The position numbers and the translations under genes were made by a program. Shown here piece by piece: positions 19,745 through 30,263 of a DNA stretch of 64,000 bases; positions within the stretch are counted from its first letter, which is position 1, and the number at the start of each line of letters is the position of its first letter. The notes beneath the pieces were generated by a model. It did not search any database. It was not told where the DNA came from and saw nothing but the letters and a program-made list of their open reading frames with translations. The stretch is from Rubritalea profundi (lineage in GTDB: Bacteria; Verrucomicrobiota; Verrucomicrobiia; Verrucomicrobiales; Akkermansiaceae): positions 1,988,733 through 2,052,732 of the forward strand of contig NZ_MQWA01000001.1 of assembly GCF_002954445.1 (NCBI RefSeq). The letters run 5' to 3'.

Positions 19745-21580
19745 ATGACGACTGACAAGATCCGAAATATTGCAATCATTGCACACGTTGACCACGGCAA
19801 GACTACGCTAGTGGATAAATTACTTGAAGCTGGCGGCGCCTACGCCGAACACCAGCAGGTCACTGAACGTGCTATGGATTCCATGGATCTTGAAAAAGAA
19901 AAAGGAATCACCATCAAGTCTAAGAACACTTCCATTCACTGGAACGACCACACAATCAACATCATCGATACTCCAGGACACGCCGATTTCGGTGGTGAAG
20001 TAGAGCGCGTGATGAAAATGGTAGACGGAGTTTTCCTCGTGGTTGATGCCTATGAAGGCCCACAGGCTCAGACTCGTTTCGTTCTTAAGAAGGCCCTCGC
20101 TGAAGGCCTTTCGCCAATCGTTGTTGTCAACAAAGTTGACCGCGACTTCGCTCGTCCATCAGAAGTACGCGACATGGTTCTCGAGCTTTTCCTCGACCTC
20201 GAAGCAACTGAAGAGCAGTTCGAAGCTCCTTTCTTCTATGGTTCCGCTAAAAACGGTTTCTTCGTGGGCAACCTCGAAGAAGACGAGCACAAGGACATGA
20301 CTCCATTGCTCCAAGGCATCATCGACAGCGTTCCTGCTCCAATAGCAAATGCTGAAGAGCCATTCCGCATGCTCGTTTCCAACATCGACTGGGACAACTA
20401 CGTTGGCCGTGTTGCTCTCGGTAAAGTGAATTCAGGTACAGCTAAAAAAGGTGACAATATCTGGCTCCTCCGCAAGGACGGCACTAAGCAGCGTAGCAAG
20501 ATCACCCGCGTATTCGAATACGGTGCAAATGCATCTGAAGAATCTGCAGTCGCTTCCGCTGGTAACATCGTTGGTATTTCTGGATTCGAAGACATCGACA
20601 TCGGTGAGACACTTGCTCTCACAGAAAATACTGAGCCACTTCCATTCATCGACATCGATCCACCGACAATCACGATGCAGTTCAGCATCAACAACGGACC
20701 ATTCAACGGCCGTGACGGCAAGCACGTCACATCCCGCGCTATCCGTGAGCGTCTTGACCGTGAGATCAAAACAAACATCTCTATCGAAGTTTCAGACGCT
20801 GAACACGCAGGTGTGTTCAACGTAGCCGCTCGTGGTGCAATGCAGATCGCAGTTCTCGTAGAGACAATGCGCCGTGAAGGTTTCGAACTTCTCGTTTCCC
20901 GCCCTAGTGTTATCACTAAGCGCGTCGACGATAAGCTGATGGAGCCATTCGAGACACTCTACGTAGAATGTCCAGACGATGCACTCGGTGGCGTGATGAA
21001 GTCACTCGCAACTCGTAAGGGTCGCGTCGAGAACATGGGTACGAATGCTCACGGAGCAACACTCGAAGCAACGATCTCCACTCGTGGAATCATCGGTTTC
21101 GAATTCGAACTTCTCAACCTTTCAAGCGGTCACGGCATCATGTCCCACCTCTTCAAGGAGTACGCACCACACTGTGGTGAGATCGTCACTCGTAAGACTG
21201 GAGCGCTCATCTCTATGGCGACAGGTACAGCGATGAACTACTCACTGATTCCAATCACTGAGCGTGGCAAGCTCTTCATCGAAGCTGGTGAAGAAGTCTA
21301 CGAAGGTCAGATCATCGGTGAGAACCCACGCCTCGTGGATCTCTCAGTCAACCCTGTTAAGGAAAAGGCACTCACTAACCACCGTTCGGCTGGTAAGGAC
21401 AACACAGTGACTCTTCCACCACCACTCGCAATGGGTCTCGAGCGTGCTATCGAATACATCAATGCTGACGAACTCGTAGAAGCGACTCCGAACTTCCTCC
21501 GTATCCGTAAGCGCGTACTCTGCCCGAACGAGCGTAAGCGCTCTGAGCGTCAGTCAAAGAGCGTTGAGGCTAACGTGTAA
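19745..21580 (+). CDS. typA: Translational GTPase TypA/BipA
   Basis: 611 aa. G-domain motifs [19 protein letters not shown] and [14 protein letters not shown], and an EF-G-like domain layout with the BipA C-terminal domain. Confidence 0.9.
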   Translation: MTTDKIRNIAIIAHVDHGKTTLVDKLLEAGGAYAEHQQVTERAMDSMDLEKEKGITIKSKNTSIHWNDHTINIIDTPGHADFGGEVERVMKMVDGVFLVVDAYEGPQAQTRFVLKKALAEGLSPIVVVNKVDRDFARPSEVRDMVLELFLDLEATEEQFEAPFFYGSAKNGFFVGNLEEDEHKDMTPLLQGIIDSVPAPIANAEEPFRMLVSNIDWDNYVGRVALGKVNSGTAKKGDNIWLLRKDGTKQRSKITRVFEYGANASEESAVASAGNIVGISGFEDIDIGETLALTENTEPLPFIDIDPPTITMQFSINNGPFNGRDGKHVTSRAIRERLDREIKTNISIEVSDAEHAGVFNVAARGAMQIAVLVETMRREGFELLVSRPSVITKRVDDKLMEPFETLYVECPDDALGGVMKSLATRKGRVENMGTNAHGATLEATISTRGIIGFEFELLNLSSGHGIMSHLFKEYAPHCGEIVTRKTGALISMATGTAMNYSLIPITERGKLFIEAGEEVYEGQIIGENPRLVDLSVNPVKEKALTNHRSAGKDNTVTLPPPLAMGLERAIEYINADELVEATPNFLRIRKRVLCPNERKRSERQSKSVEANV

Positions 21581-21612
21581 ACGACTTTAGATTTCAAATC
21601 TAAGAATTTCAA

Positions 21613-21650
21613 AAGGCGGTTCCTATTGGGAATCGCCTTTTTTGTTGTTT
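21613..21650 (+). terminator. Rho-independent terminator of typA
   Basis: aaggcggttcc-tattgg-gaatcgcctt hairpin (11-bp stem, one G.U) followed by ttttttgttgtttt. Confidence 0.6.
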
Positions 21651-21822
21651 TGTGTGGGATTGGAACGCCTCTACAAAGCTTTTTTCGTGTTGCCAATTTC
21701 CTAGTGCGTTGCACTGGGCTACGGTAGGGCACCCCTTTGGGGCTGAGAAAAGGATAGCTAGGGCCTATAAAATATAGGAGTAGTGAGATCTGTAACGATC
21801 TCTATAATGCCATCGTCATAGT

Positions 21823-22440
21823 TTACCCTTCCTGCCTTGCCATGAGGATGTACTCATCATTATCAGTGGCATTTTGGAAGAAGGTGCAGAGGCCATCATG
21901 AATTTGCCAGAGTGGGGCGCTGATGAGTTCCTGCTGGGTCCATTCTTTATGGGGACGGACTGCGTCTGCGTTGAGAGATTCTAGCTGGGCCTTTCCTTGG
22001 AGGACTTCCACTGGCAGAGAGGTGAGCGAGTCGTTGATTGCGTCAATCTGCGACGGGAAGAGCACGCGGATGGGGCCGTGGTCGTTGTGAATGCTGGTCG
22101 CTCTGCCGGCTTTGGAAAGCTGGGCTAGTGGTGAATGATCTTCAGAGCTTTGTTGGACAATGTGTTCGAGAAGGTCGATTTGATCTTCGATCGAGTAAAC
22201 TTGTCCTTGGCCATTCCAGCGGCCTTCTAAAGTTTGAAACAGAACTTCCGGATTGGCTGCTGCAGCATTGCCAGCAAGTTGTTGAACGAGCTGTCCGTCA
22301 AACCCCAGGTCGTTGACGAGACTGAGTACGAGTTCTTCATCATCGATGAGTGCGTCTAAGTCATCGGTTGCAACGCGAGTGAAGGTGGTGATCATGAATG
22401 GGAAAGGATTAAGAATGTAGAGTGGAGAAGCAAGTACCAA
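21823..22440 (-). CDS. Hypothetical protein (acidic, no recognisable domain)
   Basis: 205-aa ORF, divergent from the 22485 gene. Start possibly at the internal M (MITTFTRV). Confidence 0.4.
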   Translation of the reverse strand: MVLASPLYILNPFPFMITTFTRVATDDLDALIDDEELVLSLVNDLGFDGQLVQQLAGNAAAANPEVLFQTLEGRWNGQGQVYSIEDQIDLLEHIVQQSSEDHSPLAQLSKAGRATSIHNDHGPIRVLFPSQIDAINDSLTSLPVEVLQGKAQLESLNADAVRPHKEWTQQELISAPLWQIHDGLCTFFQNATDNDEYILMARQEG

Positions 22441-22484
22441 TCGTGCTTGCTAGTCGCTAAAACTATGGTCATTTTGATCTAGCA

Positions 22485-23516
22485 ATGATTTCACGTAGAA
22501 AGCAGCAATACCCTGTAGGCAATTCCTTGCACCAATATCTTTACCACTTTGGGCGTCATTCCAATATCCCTCAGGTTTATGATGATCTTTTACGTTTTGT
22601 TGGCGCGATGCCATACGAAGATCCCACTGGTCATGAGACGCTTTGGCTCACTGTGATGTATCCTCCAGAGGAACAAAAGAAGCTGAGTGAAGATCTTATA
22701 AGCATTTACACTGCTTTGAAAATTGGTAGTGACACTCCTCTGCACGAGCACCTCACGGTTGACCGCATCGACTTCGGAGAGTTTGGTAATTCACGTCCTT
22801 TTAGGATCAAAATTACGAACCAGTTCAACGATAACTCAGACTACTTTTACGTGAAAATTGCTGATTCTTCAAGGATTTTTGGCCTAGAACTGGAGCACAT
22901 CCTCTCGCCCAATAGGATAAACTATTTGGTGAATGGGAATACGCTGATTGAGGATCACATCGCTGGAGTTCCCGGAGATGCTTTCCTCCGCGATTACCTC
23001 GATAATCCGGAACTTAACAAGGTGCGTATCGCGAAGGAATTTACCAAGTTCAACGAACGGTGTTTCATTCGTCTGTTAGGTGATATGCGCTCGGTCAACT
23101 ATGTTGTGGATATCACTCCTGATTTCGAGGAAGTGCAGTACAGGGTGAGGCCGATTGATTTCGATCAGCAGTCCTACGAGGGACAAGGGCGTATCTACCT
23201 TTCCTATAATTTCCGATCTAACCGTAAGATTACGAAATTGAGTTTTGATTCGCTCAACCGGCAAACGATCAGCCAGTACGCGGAGGAAGAGCGCTCGCAG
23301 ATGGCTCGCCGTGCGGCTTCTGAGCGCCGCCGGCTCTCGGCCATTTTGAAGATCATGAAGCGTTCTGAGATTTGCCCAGATGTACATGTTGATACACTAG
23401 GGCGGGAGTTAGACATCATGCATAAAATAGACAAATTTAAACATATAACGACGATGGGGGAGATGACTGCAGAGCACATCTGTCACGTGTTGAATATGCC
23501 CGACCTCAAATACTAA
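22485..23516 (+). CDS. Hypothetical protein
   Basis: 343-aa ORF with coding-like composition and no motif I can assign. Confidence 0.5.
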   Translation: MISRRKQQYPVGNSLHQYLYHFGRHSNIPQVYDDLLRFVGAMPYEDPTGHETLWLTVMYPPEEQKKLSEDLISIYTALKIGSDTPLHEHLTVDRIDFGEFGNSRPFRIKITNQFNDNSDYFYVKIADSSRIFGLELEHILSPNRINYLVNGNTLIEDHIAGVPGDAFLRDYLDNPELNKVRIAKEFTKFNERCFIRLLGDMRSVNYVVDITPDFEEVQYRVRPIDFDQQSYEGQGRIYLSYNFRSNRKITKLSFDSLNRQTISQYAEEERSQMARRAASERRRLSAILKIMKRSEICPDVHVDTLGRELDIMHKIDKFKHITTMGEMTAEHICHVLNMPDLKY

Positions 23517-23527
23517 ACTTTAAAACG

Positions 23528-24103
23528 ATGATTATTATACTCAATAAGCCATACGGCGTACTTAGTCAGTTCAACCAAAACCCCGATTACCCAGATCAAA
23601 AGACTCTCGCAGATCTTGACCTGCCGCCTCAGACGATGCCGGTGGGTCGACTGGATATGGATTCAGAGGGACTTCTCCTTCTTTCCGATGAAAAGGGTTT
23701 TGAGGAAAGCTTCATTCACCCGAAGCATGGACACAGACGAACCTATCTCGTGCAGGTCGATGGAACCCCGAAGCATTCGGTGATCGAAATGCTTAGATCT
23801 GGAGGGATTGAAATCCGTGGTCATCGTACTAAAAAATGCCGAGCTAGCCTACTCAAAGAGGTTCCTAATGTATTAGATCGAGTGCCGCCAGTAGGCGCGG
23901 CTCAGGCCGAGCGTTCGGCATGGTTGAGCATGGAGCTTACTGAAGGAAAAAATCGGCAAGTGAGGCGAATGACAGCAAAAGTGGGTTTCCCAACTTTACG
24001 CTTGATTAGGCAGAAAATTGGTAATTTCGAGGCAGCAGATCTTAAGCTAGGTGAGTGGCGAGTGATTAGTGAATCCGAGCGAGCTCAATTGTTTGAGTCC
24101 TAA
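23528..24103 (+). CDS. rluE: rRNA pseudouridine synthase, RsuA/RluE-type (no S4 domain)
   Basis: 191 aa. Contains IILNKPYGVLSQF and the catalytic VGRLDMDSEGLLLLSDEKGF...RRTYLVQVDG region. Confidence 0.7.
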   Translation: MIIILNKPYGVLSQFNQNPDYPDQKTLADLDLPPQTMPVGRLDMDSEGLLLLSDEKGFEESFIHPKHGHRRTYLVQVDGTPKHSVIEMLRSGGIEIRGHRTKKCRASLLKEVPNVLDRVPPVGAAQAERSAWLSMELTEGKNRQVRRMTAKVGFPTLRLIRQKIGNFEAADLKLGEWRVISESERAQLFES

Positions 24104-24223
24104 TCGGTAGGCTGGGCCAAGGCGTGTCGCGATTGAGCTTAATTGTATTTGTCGAGCCTTGGTGCTTGCTACTGTGTCTAGATACGTGTTAGACCATTAG
24201 CTCTACTTTCGGAAAATACATCT

Positions 24224-24817
24224 ATGGTAAAACCAATAATACTCGGAACTGTCGGCGTTGGAATGGCATTTCTTGTGAACTACGTCTACGAGTCTTCGTC
24301 TGACGATGACATTTTCTTCCGTCTATCCGTCACTGTTCTCGCGGGGCTCTATGCAGGCTTGTTGTTCCTTATTTTTGTGCTCCCAGCTATCTCTGATGGG
24401 ATAGCTCGGTTGATGTTTAGTGATCCGGGTGGAGTGGCTGAGAACGATGATCCTATGCGTGAGGCTAGGGCCTTACAAGCTCAAGGCGACTATGTGGGCG
24501 CAGTCGAGTCCTTGCGTCAGGTGGTGACTGAGGATTCCCACAACCGCTTGGCGTGGGCTGAAATGGCTAAAATTCAGATAGTTCAGTTAGATGACGCCGA
24601 AGGGGCATTGGCTATGTTAGTGGAGGCCTTAGATGGACGGGAATGGGAAGTGGATGATGCGGCCTTTTTCATGTTTCGTATTTCTGAGGTGCAATTGGAG
24701 AATATGGACAACCGGGATGCCGCAGTGCAGATTCTTCAACAAGTGTGTACAACTTTCCCAGAGACGCGTCATTCTGCCAACGCCACTCATCAATTGAGAG
24801 AGCTGGGAGTGCTCTAG
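24224..24817 (+). CDS. Membrane protein with a TPR-like helical repeat region
   Basis: 197 aa. Two predicted TM helices, then an A/L-rich helical region (ARALQAQGDYVGAVESLRQVV...). Confidence 0.45.
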   Translation: MVKPIILGTVGVGMAFLVNYVYESSSDDDIFFRLSVTVLAGLYAGLLFLIFVLPAISDGIARLMFSDPGGVAENDDPMREARALQAQGDYVGAVESLRQVVTEDSHNRLAWAEMAKIQIVQLDDAEGALAMLVEALDGREWEVDDAAFFMFRISEVQLENMDNRDAAVQILQQVCTTFPETRHSANATHQLRELGVL

Positions 24818-24818
24818 G

Positions 24819-26999
24819 ATGAAGGGCCCTCGTTGGCTTGAAAACCAGTTAGCCAGATGTCCACTGGCCGCTCCCGCCATAGCAGTCATCGCTGCAGTGC
24901 TTTATGCTGACCAACCTTCATGGTGGTCGGCATTCTTATTTTTAGGAGCCGTGTCTCTGGGGCTGTGGAGCCGCAGAGGAATTTTTCTACTGTGTATTTT
25001 GTTAGGATGTGTCGCTGGATTTCACCATTCAATTCAGCTGAGTAAACAGGAGGCAATGGCCCAAGAGTATGGTAGCTGGTGGAGTGGGGATGTGTGGTTG
25101 GCTTCAGAAGTGAAACGAGGGAAAGCCCTAGGCCTGTCAGTTGGAGAGCCCAGGGTGAAATTACAGATCTGGTTGCCAGAGTATGAGGCCGATTGGAAAA
25201 TGGGACAGCGCTTGAGATTGAGCGGTCGTCTTGTCGAGCCTGCCATTCCGCTGAACCCTCACGTCTTTGATGAAAGCCAATGGCTTCACCGGAAAGGGGT
25301 GGCTGGAGTGCTGATCACGCGTGAATGTGAAGTATTAGGCGAAACTTCTTCACGTTTCATGGTGCAAAGATCAGCTCATTCGGTACGCGAATGGCTGAGC
25401 CAAAGACTGACACTGGGACTGGATCCAGAGGGTGATGAAGCCAAGATTATCCGAGCTATGACTTTGGGTGAACGCCCAGAAAAGAGTGCAGAATTACTTG
25501 CGGATTTTCGCCATAGTGGGGCGATTCATGTGTTTGCTGTAAGTGGTCTCCATGTGATGATGGTCGGCAGCATGGTTGCGGTTTTACTCAAAGCTTTTGG
25601 CTGTGGTAGACGAGTGTGGGTGCCTTGCGTGATTGCTGGGATGTTTTTCTATGCTTTGGTTACCGGAATGCGACCACCTGCCATGCGTGCTGCAGTGATG
25701 GGCGCTGTATTGTTGAGTGCCTGGCTGGTGCAGCGGAGAATTGTATTGGCTAACAGCGTGGCTGCTGGGGCTATCGTGGCATTGCTTTGGGATGGACACA
25801 TGCTTTTCCAGCCGGGATTCCAGTTATCCTTCGGAGTGTTGGTGGCGATCGCATTGCTTGGGGGAGTCGTGACGAAATGCTTCCATTGGTTTAGCTACGT
25901 AGATCCCTTTTTACCTCGCAGTCTGTACTCGCGCTGGCAGGAGTGGAGCTTGCGAATGAGAAGAAAGGTTCAGGGCGCCTTGGTGGTGGCGAGTTGTGCG
26001 TGGTGCGGTTCCTCTCCTTTGACGTGGATGTATTTCCGCTTGCTGGCTCCCATTTCCATATTTGTAAGTCTGCCATTGGTCTTACTGCTCTACTTAATCC
26101 TGATCAGCTCGGGAGCCTCATTAGTGCTGGGAACTATATGGTTGCCGCTAGGAGTGGGAGTGAACCAGTGGAATGGCCAGTTAGCTCACAGCTCGAAGTC
26201 TATTGTTAGCCGCGCGGCTGTTATCCCAGGTGGGCATGTGGTTGCCCGACCATGGCAAAAGGGAGAGCGAGTCGTGATCTATGCTCTTCCAGATGGGGCC
26301 GCAGCTGTTTATTTCGGGATTGGTGGAGGGGTGATGTTAGATGTGGGAAGCGCTAGAGAGTTTCGGCGCGAGGTTTTTCCTAGTTTGAGTAAAAATGGAG
26401 CCAGAATGGATAGCCTGATTTTAAGCCATGCCGATAGCCAACATTGTGGTGGTGTGGAACAATTCTTAGAGCTTATCCAGCTGAAGCAATGCGTCATTCC
26501 TGAGCGCAGCGCAATGAGTATGAGTTTCAAAAATGCCGTTGGACTTCTTGAGGTAGCAGACGTGAGCGTGCATGTAATCCAGACTGGGGATCGCTTGCCC
26601 TTGGGGGATGAAAGTTGGATAGAAGTGGTTTATGCTGCAGAACGCTCAGAGGGGCTAGCTGATGATCGCTGTTTGGTTTTACGTCTCCATTGGCGAGGCT
26701 CGCGCATTTTATTCACTGCTGATTCTGGCTATAAATTCGAGCACTGGGTGTTAGAGAATAATACGGACGTGGCTGCTGATATTCTGATGCTGGGTAAGCA
26801 CGAGAGAGATGAGCAGCTGGGCAGAGATTTCTTGCAGAAAGTGGGGGCGAAAATAGTAGTGAGTAGCGACGGTCGAGCTGCGTTTGATGGAGCAGCCAAT
26901 TATACACTACTCCAGCAAGGTGCTTTGATTTTAGAGTGGTCAAATGGTCAGATGCGTTTATTTTCTCAACTCCAAGGTGAGTTGAGGTCAATAGATTGA
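24819..26999 (+). CDS. comEC: DNA internalization-related competence protein ComEC/Rec2 (DUF4131 + competence + metallo-beta-lactamase domains)
   Basis: 726 aa. The polytopic core with GAIHVFAVSGLHVMMVG is typical of ComEC. C-terminal MBL-like segment: HADSQHCGG. Confidence 0.85.
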   Translation: MKGPRWLENQLARCPLAAPAIAVIAAVLYADQPSWWSAFLFLGAVSLGLWSRRGIFLLCILLGCVAGFHHSIQLSKQEAMAQEYGSWWSGDVWLASEVKRGKALGLSVGEPRVKLQIWLPEYEADWKMGQRLRLSGRLVEPAIPLNPHVFDESQWLHRKGVAGVLITRECEVLGETSSRFMVQRSAHSVREWLSQRLTLGLDPEGDEAKIIRAMTLGERPEKSAELLADFRHSGAIHVFAVSGLHVMMVGSMVAVLLKAFGCGRRVWVPCVIAGMFFYALVTGMRPPAMRAAVMGAVLLSAWLVQRRIVLANSVAAGAIVALLWDGHMLFQPGFQLSFGVLVAIALLGGVVTKCFHWFSYVDPFLPRSLYSRWQEWSLRMRRKVQGALVVASCAWCGSSPLTWMYFRLLAPISIFVSLPLVLLLYLILISSGASLVLGTIWLPLGVGVNQWNGQLAHSSKSIVSRAAVIPGGHVVARPWQKGERVVIYALPDGAAAVYFGIGGGVMLDVGSAREFRREVFPSLSKNGARMDSLILSHADSQHCGGVEQFLELIQLKQCVIPERSAMSMSFKNAVGLLEVADVSVHVIQTGDRLPLGDESWIEVVYAAERSEGLADDRCLVLRLHWRGSRILFTADSGYKFEHWVLENNTDVAADILMLGKHERDEQLGRDFLQKVGAKIVVSSDGRAAFDGAANYTLLQQGALILEWSNGQMRLFSQLQGELRSID

Positions 27000-27155
27000 T
27001 AGACTACGATCAACCGACAGATTTTGCATTGGACATTGCGTGATGAAATGCGAGTTTCACCGCCGTAACCCAACCCACTAGTCGTTATTTTTACAAAGAA
27101 TTTTAGTCTACTCCTAGCCTTACGCTACCTCAACCCGCTGCGGACACACGTATCC

Positions 27156-28748
27156 GTGATCACATTGATCTCATTGGTTGGAGTGGCACTAGGGGTGATG
27201 GTTTTGTTGGTCGTGATGTCAGTGATGTCTGGCTTTGAGAATATGGTGAAAGAGCGAGTATTAGGAGAGGCTCCACATATCACTGTGATGCGGAGTCAGC
27301 GATGGGATATGCCCAATCAGGATGGTGATGTTGTTTCAGCGGAAGAACAATGGCGCACTTTAGAGGCTAAGATTGAGCAATTACCCAGTGTGGTGAGCGC
27401 TTACCCGTTGGTGCGTGATTTTGTGATCGTAGACATTTATGGGAGTGTGATTCCAGTGATCATGCGGGGGCTCGACACTGAAGATCCTGAGACCATGGCG
27501 GATCTTAAAAAATTAGAGGAAGATGGGGATGTCTCTATCGGAATGGAATTTGTTGCTGACCGAGACTCTCTAGGTGGAACCAGTGAAGTGGCGGTTATTT
27601 CTTCTATTTTCGCAGAAGAACACGGAATTTCAGTCGGTGATGTTTTGGAGGTGATTTCAAATCGAAATATCAAACAGCTCAAACCCCTGCTGGAGAGAAA
27701 GGGAACGCCTTCGGTTTACGATCAGGACCCAGAGCTTTTCACTGAGATTCGTGAGTGGCTAAAGCCTCGCTGGACTACCGTGGATGGAAAAGAGAAAGTT
27801 CTCTACCAAGACGTGATCGAATTTCGAGATTTCCTCACACAATTAGGAAACAAGAATCTCCGACAAGGCGAACGAGATATTTTTGAAGGAATCAATGAAA
27901 TGACGAAGTCTGAGGATTTTGATGATGACTATAATTATTACCCAACGGGTCGGTTAGTGGAGCTAAATGGAGCTTTTGATGAACTGAAGACGATTGATAT
28001 TGATAGTCTCGACCAGGAAGAAGAGCTGCAGCTGAATGAGCTGGCTTTGCCTAAAGAAATCAGAGTCGCAGGGGTTTACAGGACCGATCGATTTGCACCT
28101 GGCCCACCCTTACTCGTGCCGCTGCATCTCGCGCAAGAACTCGCTGGGGTAGGAACCACAGGAGGAGTAAATGGCGTAGCCCTTCGCCTAAAAGATCCTT
28201 ATCTAGCAGCTTCTGTGCTGGAAGAAGAGTTAGAAGGTGTGGTTCCAGATGGATGGGTTCCTGTCACTTGGATGGAGGAATATAAGCAACAATTTGGGAT
28301 GATAAGCATGCAGAGTTTTATGATGACTTTAGCTTTGTCCTTCATCACTTTGATTGCAGTTTTTTCTATTGGAGCGGTGATGTTCACTGTGACACTGCAG
28401 AAAAAGCGTGAGATTGGTGTAATGAAGGCTCTAGGAGCAACTCCATTTCAAGTGACAAATGTTTTTGCCCTTCAAGGAGTCATCGTGGGGCTCGTGGGTT
28501 CGGTCACGGGAGTGGGCATGAGTCTATTGGTTCTGACTAATTTATCGGTACTCCAAGATATTATGAGGAAATTCGGTTTTGATCCCTTCTCTAAAGCGTT
28601 TTACGGTGGAGATCTACCGTACGAGATCCATTCGAATGAGATGATTTATGTGAGCATTGGCGCCTTTGTGCTGTGCTCGCTCGCGGCCTATGCTCCCGCC
28701 TGGATGGCTTCTCGTGCAGATGCTGCCCGCTCACTTAGAAGTTTCTAA
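27156..28748 (+). CDS. LolC/LolE-like FtsX-family ABC transporter permease (MacB-type periplasmic domain)
   Basis: 530 aa. A TM helix precedes a large periplasmic domain, followed by FtsX C-terminal helices (GVMKALGATPFQV). The conserved N-terminal LolC/E motif (LLLALRYLNPLRTH) is encoded in-frame upstream of the GTG at 27156 but lacks a canonical start codon. Confidence 0.8.
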   Translation: MITLISLVGVALGVMVLLVVMSVMSGFENMVKERVLGEAPHITVMRSQRWDMPNQDGDVVSAEEQWRTLEAKIEQLPSVVSAYPLVRDFVIVDIYGSVIPVIMRGLDTEDPETMADLKKLEEDGDVSIGMEFVADRDSLGGTSEVAVISSIFAEEHGISVGDVLEVISNRNIKQLKPLLERKGTPSVYDQDPELFTEIREWLKPRWTTVDGKEKVLYQDVIEFRDFLTQLGNKNLRQGERDIFEGINEMTKSEDFDDDYNYYPTGRLVELNGAFDELKTIDIDSLDQEEELQLNELALPKEIRVAGVYRTDRFAPGPPLLVPLHLAQELAGVGTTGGVNGVALRLKDPYLAASVLEEELEGVVPDGWVPVTWMEEYKQQFGMISMQSFMMTLALSFITLIAVFSIGAVMFTVTLQKKREIGVMKALGATPFQVTNVFALQGVIVGLVGSVTGVGMSLLVLTNLSVLQDIMRKFGFDPFSKAFYGGDLPYEIHSNEMIYVSIGAFVLCSLAAYAPAWMASRADAARSLRSF

Positions 28749-28760
28749 CTGAAATATGAA

Positions 28761-29594
28761 ATGAAAGTTTGGTTGTTAATAAATGAGGAGAAATCAGGAC
28801 CTTTCGAGACCTTTGATATCCGTGATCGTATCGACTCTGGTGAGCTCACTCAAGAGACGCTGTGCTGGTACCAAGGGGCTGCATCTTGGGGCCCACTGGG
28901 AGATGTAGCTCAGTTTGAGACCATGTTTGACCTCGCAGAAGAGGTTTCAGAGTTAATCACTCCTCCGCCGATTCCGGAGTCAGTAAAAAATCAAACTGAG
29001 AAGATAAAGAAAGCGATAGCCGAGGAGCTAAGTAAGGCGCCGCCACTCTACGCGGCCCGTCGTTTTTTTGCTAGAATGCATGATTTCCTGCTCTACATGG
29101 TTCTTATATTTGCCGTGTTTCAAGAGAAAGTTATTGAAATGGCGCAAGGCGATTCTGTGTTGCCGCTGCTTGCTTTAGGTTTTGCCTATGTTTTATTAGA
29201 TGCCATCATGATTCATCTGTGGAAGGCTTCACCTGGAAAGTTTTTGCTAGGGCTGCGAACGACCGATGCCCTTGGCCATGCTATTCCTTTAAAGTTTTCC
29301 GTGCTGCGCTCACTGCGAGTGTGGATACTAGGCCTAGGTATGGGGATTGTCGAAATTTGGCCAATCTCCCTGGGTATATCGTGGTTCTTGTCGCGGAGAT
29401 TCGGGTACTTCCTGTGGGATACTCCTAAGCGCTACCGAGTGGTGGTACGACCATTTTCAGGAATTCATGTGCTAGCCTACGTGGCGAGTATTTTCGCTAT
29501 GTCATTCTTACTCAATGTGAGTCTACCTGAAGAAATGATAGACGAGATGAAGAAGGATAATTGGGCGCAAGATTTTCTAGATAATTTGAAATAA
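28761..29594 (+). CDS. DUF4339 (GYF-like) + RDD-family membrane protein
   Basis: 277 aa. The N-terminus (EKSGPFETFDIRDRIDSGELTQETLCWYQGAASWGPLGDV) fits DUF4339. The C-terminal half has the RDD-like hydrophobic pattern (ARRFFARMHDFLLYMVLIF...). Confidence 0.5.
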   Translation: MKVWLLINEEKSGPFETFDIRDRIDSGELTQETLCWYQGAASWGPLGDVAQFETMFDLAEEVSELITPPPIPESVKNQTEKIKKAIAEELSKAPPLYAARRFFARMHDFLLYMVLIFAVFQEKVIEMAQGDSVLPLLALGFAYVLLDAIMIHLWKASPGKFLLGLRTTDALGHAIPLKFSVLRSLRVWILGLGMGIVEIWPISLGISWFLSRRFGYFLWDTPKRYRVVVRPFSGIHVLAYVASIFAMSFLLNVSLPEEMIDEMKKDNWAQDFLDNLK

Positions 29595-29646
29595 GCGATC
29601 CTATACTTGCAGTTACTCTGGATACTTCTTACATCTAAATTCAGCT

Positions 29647-30213
29647 ATGCGCGATATTGTTTACTTCGACCTCGAGACCCAAAAGAGCTTTTCTGCCGTA
29701 GGCGGTGCCAAAAATAAAGCAAAGATGGGGGTTTCAGTGGCCGTGACGTATTCGACTAAGTCCGAGCAATACTGCGTCTACGGTGAAGATCAAATGGATG
29801 CTCTCGTAGATCAATTGGTCCGTGCTGATCTGGTCGTTGGCTGGAATCATATCCAGTTCGACTATCCCGTCCTCCAAGGCTACACAATTTATGATCTAGC
29901 GGCGCAGACGGTGAACCTCGACATGATGCAATATCTGGAAGCTGAAGATAAGTTAGGCTTCAGGTTGAAGTTAGACTCAGCAGCTAAAGTGAGCCTAGGA
30001 ATGGGCAAGACAGCAGACGGTTTAGACGCCCTCAAGTGGTGGAATGCCTACAAGAAGACTGGCGACGAATCCTACATGATGAAGATTGCCGAGTACTGTT
30101 GCTTTGACGTCAAAGTTACCAAGTGCGTTCACGAATACGGAATCGAGCACGGCGCAGTGCGCTACGAAGATAAGGGGGGGAACCCTGCAGAGGTTGCCGT
30201 CGACTGGAAGTAA
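29647..30213 (+). CDS. RNase H-like superfamily DEDDy-type 3'-5' exonuclease-like protein
   Basis: 188 aa. Exo I-like VYFDLETQ, Exo II-like VGWNHIQFDYPVL, Exo III-like YCCFDVKVT (Y-x3-D). Confidence 0.5.
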   Translation: MRDIVYFDLETQKSFSAVGGAKNKAKMGVSVAVTYSTKSEQYCVYGEDQMDALVDQLVRADLVVGWNHIQFDYPVLQGYTIYDLAAQTVNLDMMQYLEAEDKLGFRLKLDSAAKVSLGMGKTADGLDALKWWNAYKKTGDESYMMKIAEYCCFDVKVTKCVHEYGIEHGAVRYEDKGGNPAEVAVDWK

Positions 30214-30263
30214 GCCGCTGAAATCTTTCCTTCCTCACGGGGGAAAAATATCTAATCTTTGTA

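Noticed and set aside
20398-20916. 172-aa antisense ORF within typA, plus other S/T-rich frames at 20043-20825
   Set aside because: It lies antisense or out of frame to a highly conserved GTPase gene and has no motifs. It is an artefact of the codon bias of the real gene.
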